DNA from: Planctomycetota bacterium
Lineage (GTDB): Bacteria; Planctomycetota; UBA1135; UBA2386
Reading direction: 5' to 3'
NCBI GenBank assembly: GCA_020638655.1
Contig: JACKIC010000003.1
Coordinates: forward strand, 136,990-200,989
DNA length: 64,000 nucleotides
Shown: positions 17,501 to 25,100 of the stretch, piece after piece
Layout: each line of letters starts with the position of its first letter
Numbering within the stretch: the first letter of the stretch is position 1
Notes under the pieces: model-generated
Database searches by the model: none
The model's input: only the letters and a program-made list of their open reading frames with translations
What the model was told of the DNA's origin: nothing
Translations under genes and position numbers: made by a program

Positions 17501-20058
17501 AGCTGGTGGTGCGCCTCAACCGCGCGTCGGCGGGTGACCTCACGATGCGTGCGGTGTTCGAGGCGCCGACGCCGCGCGCCCTCGCCGCGCGGCTCGGCAC
17601 CGAGACCGGGGACCGGCTGCCGCGGGTGGTGCGGCGCGCGCGGCGGGACGTGGCTCCCGCCACGCTCGTGCAGGAGCGCATGTGGCATCTCGAGCAGATG
17701 GCCACCGGTCGCAACGGCTACAACCTGCCCTCGGCGCACCGGCTTCGCGGCCCGCTCGACGAAGCCGTGCTGCTGGCGGCGCTGCAGGAGATCGTCAACC
17801 GGCAAGCCGCCCTGCGCACCACCTTCGAGCGGCGCGACGGCGCGGTCTGGCAGGTCGTGCACGAACACCTGCGCCTGCAGTGCCCGCCGCTCGAGGATCT
17901 GTCCGAGCTGCCGCCCGCGGAGCGGCAGCGCCGGCTCGAGGCACGGCTCGACGAGTTGGCCGCGGAGTCGTTCGACCTGGGGCGCCTGCCGCTGTTCCGG
18001 CTGCAGTTGTTCCGCCTCGCCGCCGACGAGCACGTGTTCTTCTTCATGCCGCACCACGTCATCTGGGACGGTTGGTCCTTCGACCTGCTGTACCAGGAGA
18101 TCGACGCGCTGTACGCCGCGTTCGCGGCCGGGCAGCCGTCGCCGCTGCCGGCGCTGACCATCGAGATGGGGGACATCGCGCAGTGGCAGCGCGATCGGCA
18201 GGCGTCGCCTGCCGCGGCGCAGCGCGTGCGCATCGTCCGCGAGCGGCTGGAGCGCTTCGGTCCGGTGCGGCCCCTGCCCGTCGACCACGGCCGCAGGCCC
18301 GGCATGTCGGGGCGCGGCGCGTGCGAGTGGCTCAACCTGTCTGCCGACGTCGCCCGCGCCCTGCACGAGTTCGCCGGCGCGCGCGGCCTGACGCTGTTCC
18401 ACACCTCGCTCGCGATCTACGCCGTGCTGCTGCACGAGTATTCGCAGCAGTCCCGCGTGCTGTTGGCGACGCCGGTCCGCGGCCGCAACACGCCGGAGCA
18501 GGAAGCGGTCATGGGCTGCTGCAATACGCTGGTGCCCGTGCCGCTCGACGTCGGCGCGCAGGCCAGCTTCGACAGCCTGGCCCGCGCGGTGCGGGCGACG
18601 GTGCTCGAAGGCCTGGCCACCGCGGACGTCACGCTCGAACAGCTCGGCGGCGCCGGGGCGCGCCGGGGCTCGGTGCTCTACCAGGCGCTGTTCTCGTTCC
18701 AGGACGTGCGCGGGCGCCGCACCTGCTGGGGGCCGCTGGAGCACGAGATGATCCCGCTGTTCCAGCGCGGCGCGACCGAGGACCTCGGCCTGTGGTTCGT
18801 GGAGCGCGAGAACGGACTCGACGGCGTGCTCACCTACAACGCGGACACGCTGGACGGCGCGACGGTGCGCCGCCTTCGCGATCGATTCACCGAACTCGCC
18901 TCGGCCCTGGTGGCGGCGCCGCAGGAGTCGTTCGTCGGGCTGCTGCACGAAGTCGCTGCCGTCGCCGCGGAGTCCGAGCCGCAGTCCGAGCCGGAGCCGG
19001 ACCGGTCGGCACCCGCTGTGACCGAACCCGCCGCCGACGCGCCGGCGGCGCCGCTGCCGCAGGCCGAGGACTTCGAGCTGATCCTGACGCGGATCTGGCG
19101 CGAGATCCTCGGCGTGCCTGAGGTCGGGCTGCACGACGACTTCTTCGAACTCGGCGGCAACTCCCTGACCGCGATCCGGTGCGTCGATCGCTTCGAAGCG
19201 GCGACGGGCCTGATGATCGATCTCGGCGAGGTGTTCCGCTCGCCGACGGTGGCGCAGCTGGCTGCATCGCTGGCGTCGCGTTCGCAGCGCTCGGGGCCGA
19301 TGTTGATCCCGCTGCAGGAGCGCGGCGACGAGCCGCCGCTGTTCTGCCTGTTGGGCATCCAGATCTACCGCCACCTGGCCCACGGTCTGGGTGAGCGCCA
19401 GCCCGTCTTCGGCGTCTACGTGCCCGAGGAGCAGGGCATGGTCGAGGGGCTGCCGGGTTCCCGCTCGTCGTCGGTGTCCATCGATCGGCTCGCCGACGCC
19501 TATGTCGAGGTGATCCGCAGCAGTCACCCGAGCGGGCCCTACCGCCTGGCGGGGCTCTCGTTCGGCGGCGTGGTGGCGCTCGAGGTGGCCCGGCGTCTGG
19601 TCGCGCTCGGCGACGCAGTCGATCGTGTGGTGCTGCTCGACACGATCTTGCCCCAGAGCTTCCGGCGCCGCTGGTGGCACGTGCCGGCGCGCTCGTGGCT
19701 GCGGTCGCTGCGCGCCGCCGCCCGGAGCTTCGCGGGGCTGGTCACGAGGCGCAACGGCAGCGAAGACTCCGCGGGCAGGCCGCGGCACGACCACGCGTTC
19801 CGCAGCGTGCAGGCGGCGATGCAGCGTGAGGTGCTCCGGTGGCAGGCCTCGTTCGTACCGCCGCCCTGTCCGGTCCTGTTGCTGCGGGCGCGAGACAACT
19901 GGTGGGGACGCGGCTACGTCGCGCTGCCCGACTACGGTTGGGGCGGCATCATCGGCCCTTCGCTGCAGGTGCAGTCGATCCCGGGCGACCACCTGGGCAT
20001 CCTGCTGACGCCGGATCTGGGCGATCTGGCGCGCGCCGTGACCGCGTTCCTGGCGTGA
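14500..20058 (+). CDS. NRPS: C-A-T-C-T-TE
   Basis: TTG 14500 overlaps the PKS TGA (TTGA), but the start is approximate. C1 is HHAVCDGWS (~14962). A-domain cores are IYTSGSTGVPKGV, NLYGPTE, YRTGD, GRVDQQVKVRGYR and NGKLD. T1 is AGGHSLLA (~17485). C2 is HHVIWDGWS (~18052) and is followed directly by T2 (LGGNSLTA, ~19162) with no A domain. TE is GLSFGG (~19558) plus PGDHLG. Confidence 0.9.
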   Translation: MTAAEDPVVPEHDPFRFGAIAQVVPTTDAQREVLAAAALGDLANCAYNEAVSIRLTGALDATLVERALAALVDRHDALRASFTPQLDAMCIRAEVAVPLQRSDLTALEPKARELAVQAARRECVSTPFALVQGPLLRAHWLQLGADSAELLLVAHHAVCDGWSYHVLLRDLEQLCGASGGAPATPAPSFAEFAVERAAGAGRAHGGYWLRKFSTTPPPLDLPLDRPRGPQRAFAAERVERLLSPQVRLPALASALRVSPVTVVVAGVAALLHRLTGNEDLVLGMPVARQALEDRGGLVGHCVQLLPVRLGVDGDTPFAALAAAAQKEVLDATEHYDFTFGSLVQALRRSGDAGRVPLIPVLVNIDQPAEELQIGAARGAVATVPRVAESFEVFLNVVPQAGGFLLEATFQSELFDAASVSTWLAALEQLLIGAAAAPQAAIGSLALQSAEDVEQGAVGAAVPLRFTHWLQALQQVVASSPDAAAVRDDQGVLSYAALWQRITALAADLRRRGVGRGDVVGLCVGRSRSLVVAMAAVHACGAAHLPLDPSFPIARLRQLREDSGAALVVVDAEGAALGLGAECLDLDAVAADRATGEAMPEAPPNGDDAAYLIYTSGSTGVPKGVKVSHRSLANLLAGVAVAPGFSAADTLLAVTTMSFDISLLELLLPLTVGGCVAVAPRAEVEDPQKLAALLLRHRATVMQATPATWRMLVDDGWSGAADLVAFCGGERLPVELARSLLPRVRALWNLYGPTETTVWSTVAQVLDADAAPGIGRPLQNSSVFVLDGRGGVLPRGVPGELCIGGEGVAIGYHEREELTAERFFVHPILGRLYRTGDRGRVRPDGTLECFGRVDQQVKVRGYRIELGEIEAALRSCADVVEAVVVVQGDDAQAARLVGFVVTSSGALPDGWREQLQRTLPVYMVPHQLALLAALPRLPNGKLDRRALPTLTATTQDAASFVEPATPEERLVATEMAAVLGVERVGATEDFFAAGGHSLLAAQLVVRLNRASAGDLTMRAVFEAPTPRALAARLGTETGDRLPRVVRRARRDVAPATLVQERMWHLEQMATGRNGYNLPSAHRLRGPLDEAVLLAALQEIVNRQAALRTTFERRDGAVWQVVHEHLRLQCPPLEDLSELPPAERQRRLEARLDELAAESFDLGRLPLFRLQLFRLAADEHVFFFMPHHVIWDGWSFDLLYQEIDALYAAFAAGQPSPLPALTIEMGDIAQWQRDRQASPAAAQRVRIVRERLERFGPVRPLPVDHGRRPGMSGRGACEWLNLSADVARALHEFAGARGLTLFHTSLAIYAVLLHEYSQQSRVLLATPVRGRNTPEQEAVMGCCNTLVPVPLDVGAQASFDSLARAVRATVLEGLATADVTLEQLGGAGARRGSVLYQALFSFQDVRGRRTCWGPLEHEMIPLFQRGATEDLGLWFVERENGLDGVLTYNADTLDGATVRRLRDRFTELASALVAAPQESFVGLLHEVAAVAAESEPQSEPEPDRSAPAVTEPAADAPAAPLPQAEDFELILTRIWREILGVPEVGLHDDFFELGGNSLTAIRCVDRFEAATGLMIDLGEVFRSPTVAQLAASLASRSQRSGPMLIPLQERGDEPPLFCLLGIQIYRHLAHGLGERQPVFGVYVPEEQGMVEGLPGSRSSSVSIDRLADAYVEVIRSSHPSGPYRLAGLSFGGVVALEVARRLVALGDAVDRVVLLDTILPQSFRRRWWHVPARSWLRSLRAAARSFAGLVTRRNGSEDSAGRPRHDHAFRSVQAAMQREVLRWQASFVPPPCPVLLLRARDNWWGRGYVALPDYGWGGIIGPSLQVQSIPGDHLGILLTPDLGDLARAVTAFLA

Positions 20059-20091
20059 GCCGAACGCCGTGGCCCCGGTGCCGTGGCCGGG

Positions 20092-20203
20092 ACTGATTCC
20101 TTCCGTGGTGCACTTGCGTCGGTTCGACGCGGCGACTGGACTTACGACCGGTATCGGGGTTCCAGGGCGGCGGTTTGCCGCGTACGCCACGGAAGGAATC
20201 AGT
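20092..20203. repeat. Perfect 17-bp inverted repeat (ACTGATTCCTTCCGTGG ... CCACGGAAGGAATCAGT) with 78-nt spacer
   Basis: The arms are 20092-20108 and 20187-20203, read directly. It lies between the NRPS stop (20058) and the FG-GAP gene start (20317). The arm sequence recurs at 42240-42255. Confidence 0.85.
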
Positions 20204-20316
20204 GCTGTGTGGATGCTCTCGACCGCACGAGTCCGGTCGGGGGGGCGGTTCTCCTGTTCGCCGAACCTCCATAACATGACGCGCTCGCATTCTCGCCACG
20301 CCATTCGAATCAAGCC

Positions 20317-22140
20317 ATGCAACGCCTACTGTTCGTACTCTCTCTCAGCGGTGCCTGCTTCGCCCAGGCACCATCGGTGGTCTCCACTTCGCCGTCAGCA
20401 TTCGGGATCACGGGGCCGTTCGACCCGATCGAGGTGCTGTTCGCCGCGCCCATCGACCCGCTGACGGTGACGCCGCACAGCTTCGCGGTGTTCGGCCACT
20501 GGACCGGTGTGGTGCCGGGAACCCTCAGCGTCGACGCATCCAATACGCGGATCACGTTCCAGCCGACGCGGCCGATCTTCGTCGGCGACGCCGTGCACGT
20601 CGATCTCGCGGCGTCGATCGCCGCGCCCGGTGGGCTGGGCCTGCCCGGCGGACATCACTTCGAGTTTCTGGTGCGCACCGCGCCGGGCAGCGGCGTGTTC
20701 CAGTCGACCCAGACGATCTCGTTCCGCCTGCCCAACGAGGGCCAGATCTCGACCTACGGCATCCACGCCGGTGACGTCGACCGCGACGGCGCGCCCGACA
20801 TCACCGCGATCAACGAGTACTCGCACGACCTGCGCACCTTCCACAGCGACGGGTGCATGACCTTCGGGCCGATGGTCCAGGTCGCCGACGGTCAGAACTG
20901 GCCGAGCCCGCACGAGAGCGCCGACTTCAACCGCGACGGTTGGATGGATCTGGTCACGGGCGATTACGCGTTCGGCAACGTCTCGGTGTTCATGAACGAC
21001 GGCGCGGGCAACTACACGGCTCCGATCACCCTGGTGGGCGGCAACTACGTGCGCAGCGTCGGCGCCGGCGACCTCGACGGCGACGGCTACCCCGACGTGG
21101 TGGCGGGCAACGGCGGCACGACCCTGGTCTGGCTGAACAACGGCTCGGGCGGCTTCCTGCCGCCGGTGCTCTACTCCGGGCCCAACGGCAGCGCCGAGCT
21201 CAACCTCGTCGACGCCAACGAGGACGGCCACCTCGACATCGTGTCGTGCAACCTCGTACCTGGCCAGACGTGGGTGATGCTGGGCAACGGCGACGGCACG
21301 TTCACCGGCAACGCGACGCTGACGAACATCGGCGGGGCGCCGTTCGCCAGCGCGGCCGGCGACCTGAACGGCGACGGCCACGTCGACCTCGCCTACTGCT
21401 GCCACAACCCCGATTCGTTCACGTGGATGCTCGGCGACGGCGCCGGCGGCTTCGTGCTCGGTGGCTCGATGGCCGCCGGTGGCGGCCCGACCTCGGTGCA
21501 TCTGGGCGATCTCGAGGGCGACGGCGATCTCGACGCCGTCATCTCGCACTACTACTCGGGCGACTTCTACGTCTACCTCAACAACGGGCAGGGCAGCTTC
21601 GCGGCTCCCTACATCCTGCCCGCGGTGTCCGCGGCCGCGTGCACCACGCTCGCCGACTTCGATCGCGACGGCGACCTGGACATCATGGTGGCCGACGAGA
21701 ACGCGGACGTCGGCATCCTCTACTCGCAGCAGAGCCTGCCCGTGCCGGGCATCCAGCCGTCCGACTGTGACGCGACGCTGCGAATCGACCAGCGCGCCGA
21801 CGGCGCCGGCTTCGGCGGCCGGCCGGCGGTGCCCGTGCACATCGGCAACCAGATGGCGCTGTCGGTGTCCGGACCGCCCAACGCGTTGACGCTGCTGGCG
21901 GTGGGCTTCCCGTCGACGGTGAGCGTGCAGCTCGCGCACCTCGGGTTGATGAGCTTCGATCAGACCCTGCCGCTGGCCATCATGCAGGTCACGCTGCTCG
22001 ATCCGAACGGCGAGTTCAACCGGCCGTACTCGTTGCCGCTGTGGGTGCCGTCCGGCTTCGTCATGTGCCTGCAGGCGGGCGTGCTGTCGCCGACGCGCGA
22101 ACTGTTGACCAACCCGATGCAGTTCGTCATGGTTCCGTGA
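20317..22140 (+). CDS. Exported FG-GAP/VCBS repeat protein with N-terminal Ig-like (SbsA/Big_5-type) domain and C-terminal recurrent module (Cys-less variant)
   Basis: The signal peptide is MQRLLFVLSLSGACFAQA. There are multiple D-x-D/N-x-DG-x-x-D repeats (DVDRDGAPDI, DFNRDGWMDL, DLDGDGYPDV, DANEDGHLDI, DLNGDGHVDL, DLEGDGDLDA, DFDRDGDLDI). The C-terminal ~120 aa align with the tails of 49964-51499 and 51563-52762(-). Confidence 0.85.
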   Translation: MQRLLFVLSLSGACFAQAPSVVSTSPSAFGITGPFDPIEVLFAAPIDPLTVTPHSFAVFGHWTGVVPGTLSVDASNTRITFQPTRPIFVGDAVHVDLAASIAAPGGLGLPGGHHFEFLVRTAPGSGVFQSTQTISFRLPNEGQISTYGIHAGDVDRDGAPDITAINEYSHDLRTFHSDGCMTFGPMVQVADGQNWPSPHESADFNRDGWMDLVTGDYAFGNVSVFMNDGAGNYTAPITLVGGNYVRSVGAGDLDGDGYPDVVAGNGGTTLVWLNNGSGGFLPPVLYSGPNGSAELNLVDANEDGHLDIVSCNLVPGQTWVMLGNGDGTFTGNATLTNIGGAPFASAAGDLNGDGHVDLAYCCHNPDSFTWMLGDGAGGFVLGGSMAAGGGPTSVHLGDLEGDGDLDAVISHYYSGDFYVYLNNGQGSFAAPYILPAVSAAACTTLADFDRDGDLDIMVADENADVGILYSQQSLPVPGIQPSDCDATLRIDQRADGAGFGGRPAVPVHIGNQMALSVSGPPNALTLLAVGFPSTVSVQLAHLGLMSFDQTLPLAIMQVTLLDPNGEFNRPYSLPLWVPSGFVMCLQAGVLSPTRELLTNPMQFVMVP

Positions 22141-23267
22141 CCGGTGCCGCGACCGGCACCGGGGTGCGCCGCCGGCACCGGCGCGGCGTCCTAGTCGCGT
22201 TGTCGGCGCTGCTGCTGATCATGGTCGCTTCTGCAAGCCTGGCTGGCAGCGGATTGCTCGCCGACTCCTACCGCGTGCGCGCCGCCGACGACCGGCGCGT
22301 GCCGCTCGCCGTGCTCGGGGACTCGGACAGTCACGGCTACCGCGACAGCCTGGCGTTCCCTCCGGGTTCCGCGGCGCGCGGCGGCCGGTACCGCCAGGCC
22401 GCGGCGCAGTGGACCGAGGTCCTGGACGAGCTCGCCGGCGATCGGGTGGACTGCGGCGACTTCGGCATCTGGGGCGGGCGGCAGAGCGTCGTGCGGGCGC
22501 TCGAGGCGATCGGCTGCGAGCGCCGGGCCCCGCGCAAGCAGGACCACCAGTTCAACCTGGCCTTCAGCGGCGCGCGCTGCGCGGACCTGCTGCGGGGCCC
22601 GCGGCGGCAGGTGCCGCGGCTGTTGACGCTGATGGCGGAAGAACCGGCGCGGTGGCGCGGCGGCGTGGTCGTGATCCGGATCGGCATCGTCGACCTGGGC
22701 GGAGAACCGCAGCTCGATCGGATGGCGACCGACCCCGACGACGCGGAACTCGCGGCGACCGTCGCGAGCTGCATCGCGGACATCACCGCCGCGCGCGCGG
22801 CGATCCGGGCGGCGCACCCGCAGACCCGGGTCGTGCTCGTCGGCCTGTTCGACAACGCCGAGGTGCCGTCGTTCCAGGAGCGCTGGCGCACGCGGCTGGC
22901 GACCAGCAACCGGCGCGCCGTGCTCGACCGCTTCGACGGCGCGCTGCGGGCGCTCGCGGCGGCGGATTCGCTCACGGCCTTCTTCGACGATCGCGCGTGG
23001 TTCGCGGCGCGGTGGGGCGGTCGCGACGACGACGGTGTGCCCGCGTATCGCGCCGTGCAACTGGCCGGCCTGCGGGTCGAGCACGGCGCCGGCGACGAGC
23101 CGACGCACACCGCGTTGGCCGACGGTCACGCCGGACTGGTCGTGAACGCGGTGTGGGCCCAGTCGCTGTCGCGGTTGTTGGCCGAGGAGCTGCAGCTGCC
23201 GGTGCGGCCGATCACGGACGCCGAGGTCGAGACCTTCGTGCGTGGGCGCTACCCTGCTGCACGCTGA
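22137..23267 (+). CDS. Putative SGNH/GDSL-like hydrolase, membrane-anchored
   Basis: GTG 22137 overlaps the upstream TGA (GTGA). The N-terminal anchor is VLVALSALLLIMVASASLAG. Block-I-like LGDSDSHGY is present, with a later ADGHAG that may be block V. The assignment is tentative. Confidence 0.5.
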   Translation: MTGAATGTGVRRRHRRGVLVALSALLLIMVASASLAGSGLLADSYRVRAADDRRVPLAVLGDSDSHGYRDSLAFPPGSAARGGRYRQAAAQWTEVLDELAGDRVDCGDFGIWGGRQSVVRALEAIGCERRAPRKQDHQFNLAFSGARCADLLRGPRRQVPRLLTLMAEEPARWRGGVVVIRIGIVDLGGEPQLDRMATDPDDAELAATVASCIADITAARAAIRAAHPQTRVVLVGLFDNAEVPSFQERWRTRLATSNRRAVLDRFDGALRALAAADSLTAFFDDRAWFAARWGGRDDDGVPAYRAVQLAGLRVEHGAGDEPTHTALADGHAGLVVNAVWAQSLSRLLAEELQLPVRPITDAEVETFVRGRYPAAR

Positions 23268-23272
23268 CCCGC

Positions 23273-24082
23273 ATGACCTTCGACACAGCCCACCGCCTGA
23301 TCGATCGATTCGCCGACCTGCCCGGACTGCGCGGCTGGCGGCGCCGGCGCTACGAGTTGCGCTTCCAGGGGCGGCTCGGGCACGCCTTCTGGGGCGTGCA
23401 CCCGACGTTCGCGGCGGCGGCGGCGGCGGTGCCCGCGGGGTTGCCTGGCGACTACGACAACGACGAGGCCGCGGGGCTGTACGTCGAGCGGGTGCAGGTC
23501 GACGACCACGATCGCGCGCCGCTGTTCTGGCTGCTCGAGGCGCTGGTGAGGGGCGCGCGCCGGATCTGCGATCTCGGCGGCAGCACCGGCATCAAGTACT
23601 ACGCCTTCGCGCCGCTGCTGAAGCCGGCCGCGGCCGTGAACTGGCACGTGATCGAGGTCCCGGCTGCGGCGGCGCTCGGCGCGCGCCTCGCCGCGCAGCA
23701 CGGCGTCGGCGACCAACTCACCTTCGGCAGCGACCGGGCAGCGGCCTCGGGTTGCGACGTCCTGTTCCTCTCCGGCGCGCTGCAGTACCTGCCGCAATCG
23801 CTCGGGCAGATCCTCGCCGCGCTGACCGAGAAGCCGCGGCGCGTGCTCGTCAACACCACGCCGATCCACCCGCACCGCTCCTACTTCACGCTCAACAACA
23901 TCGGCGCCGCGTGCTGTCCGTATCGGGTCACGGCGCGCGGCGAATTCGTCGACGAGGTGGTCGCGCAGGGCTACGCGCTGCGCGACGAGTGGCGGAACAT
24001 CGGCAAGTGCCTCGAGCTGCCGTTCGATCGGGACCTCTCGATCGAGCACTACTCCGGCTTCTGCTTCGAGCGGCAGGGTTGA
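23273..24082 (+). CDS. Putative SAM-dependent methyltransferase (TIGR04325 / LIC12133-like family)
   Basis: ATG 23273 lies 5 nt after the upstream stop. Family-like landmarks are DLGGSTGIKYY, WHVIEVPAA, LFLSGALQYLPQ and LVNTTPIH. The long upstream extension of ORF 22409-24082 is Arg-rich and was rejected. Confidence 0.6.
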   Translation: MTFDTAHRLIDRFADLPGLRGWRRRRYELRFQGRLGHAFWGVHPTFAAAAAAVPAGLPGDYDNDEAAGLYVERVQVDDHDRAPLFWLLEALVRGARRICDLGGSTGIKYYAFAPLLKPAAAVNWHVIEVPAAAALGARLAAQHGVGDQLTFGSDRAAASGCDVLFLSGALQYLPQSLGQILAALTEKPRRVLVNTTPIHPHRSYFTLNNIGAACCPYRVTARGEFVDEVVAQGYALRDEWRNIGKCLELPFDRDLSIEHYSGFCFERQG

Positions 24083-24148
24083 CCGCGTCCGCGGATCCGC
24101 GCCGCTGATTCGATCCTGCGGCCTCGGCCCGCTACAACGGCGCGCCGG

Positions 24149-25060
24149 ATGCCGCCCGTGCCCACCCGCTTCGTCGTGCCGTTCGCGATCGGTCTCTTGT
24201 GCCTGGTCTGGAGCAGCACGTGGTACGGGATCCGCATCTGCCTGCTCGAACAGCCGCCGCTGACATCGGCCGCGGTGCGGTTCCTGGTCGCGGGACTGGC
24301 GATGGCTGCGGTCGCGCCGCGGCTGCGCGCGCGAGAGGACGCGCCCGCGCCGCCGGCGTGGCTGTGGCTCACGGCCGGTGCGCTGAGCTTCGCGGGTTCG
24401 TACGGGATCCTCTATCACGCCGAGCAGTTCGTGCCGTCGGGCATCGCGGCGGTGTTGTGGGGCATCTTCCCGCTGCTGATGGCGGTCAGCGGCCTGCTGT
24501 TCCTCGGCGAGCGGCTCGGGTTGCGCAAGCTGCTCGGCATGCTGATCGCCTTCGGGGGCATCGTCACGGTGTTCGGCGGCGGGCTCGGCGGTATCGACGC
24601 CGGCAACGTGCACTACGCGCTGGTGCTGCTGCTGAGCCCGGTGGTGTCGGCAGTCGGCACGACCTTGATCAAGAAGTTCGGCAGCGGCACCAGCTCGGTG
24701 GTGCTCAACCGCAACGGCATGCTGGTCGGTTCGGTGTGGCTCGGCATCGCGGCGTTCGTGCTCGAAGACCCGCTGGCGGCGACCTGGAGCCTGCGCGGCG
24801 TGTTGGCGCTGACCTACCTGGCCCTGTTCGGCACGGCGCTGACCTTCGGCATCTACTTCTGGCTGCTGCGCACCACGCCGGCGTCGCGGCTGGCCCTGAT
24901 CACCTACGTGACGCCGGTCCTGGCGATGGCGCTCGGCGCTGCGGTCGGCGACGGTGACATGGACAAGAACGCGTGGGCCGGTACGGCGGCCGTCGTGTTC
25001 GGCATCGGGCTCGTGGTCAGCAAGGGCCGTGCGGCCAACGCCCCGGCGCCGGCCCGCTAG
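24149..25060 (+). CDS. EamA/DMT-family transporter
   Basis: About 10 hydrophobic helices in two EamA-like halves, ~300 aa, with an ATG start. Confidence 0.8.
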   Translation: MPPVPTRFVVPFAIGLLCLVWSSTWYGIRICLLEQPPLTSAAVRFLVAGLAMAAVAPRLRAREDAPAPPAWLWLTAGALSFAGSYGILYHAEQFVPSGIAAVLWGIFPLLMAVSGLLFLGERLGLRKLLGMLIAFGGIVTVFGGGLGGIDAGNVHYALVLLLSPVVSAVGTTLIKKFGSGTSSVVLNRNGMLVGSVWLGIAAFVLEDPLAATWSLRGVLALTYLALFGTALTFGIYFWLLRTTPASRLALITYVTPVLAMALGAAVGDGDMDKNAWAGTAAVVFGIGLVVSKGRAANAPAPAR

Positions 25061-25100
25061 ACTGGGCGGCCCCCCGCGTCCTCGAATCCAGGAGTCGTGC

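Noticed and set aside
20083-20274. 63-aa ORF (MAGTDSFRGALASV...) spanning the inverted repeat, whose N-terminus resembles that of CDS 42234
   Set aside because: It is Arg-rich with no further similarity beyond ~15 residues. It would be translated through both arms of a 17-bp hairpin. It is more likely a by-product of the repeated motif or a gene-start fragment. I kept it as part of the motif finding, not as a gene.
14161-20322. 2053-aa ORF on the minus strand, the longest in the window
   Set aside because: It is exactly antisense to the NRPS gene. It is extremely Arg/Ala/Gly/Pro-rich, has no domain motifs, and no stop simply because of GC-rich antisense codon structure. The plus-strand frame carries complete C, A, T and TE motifs.
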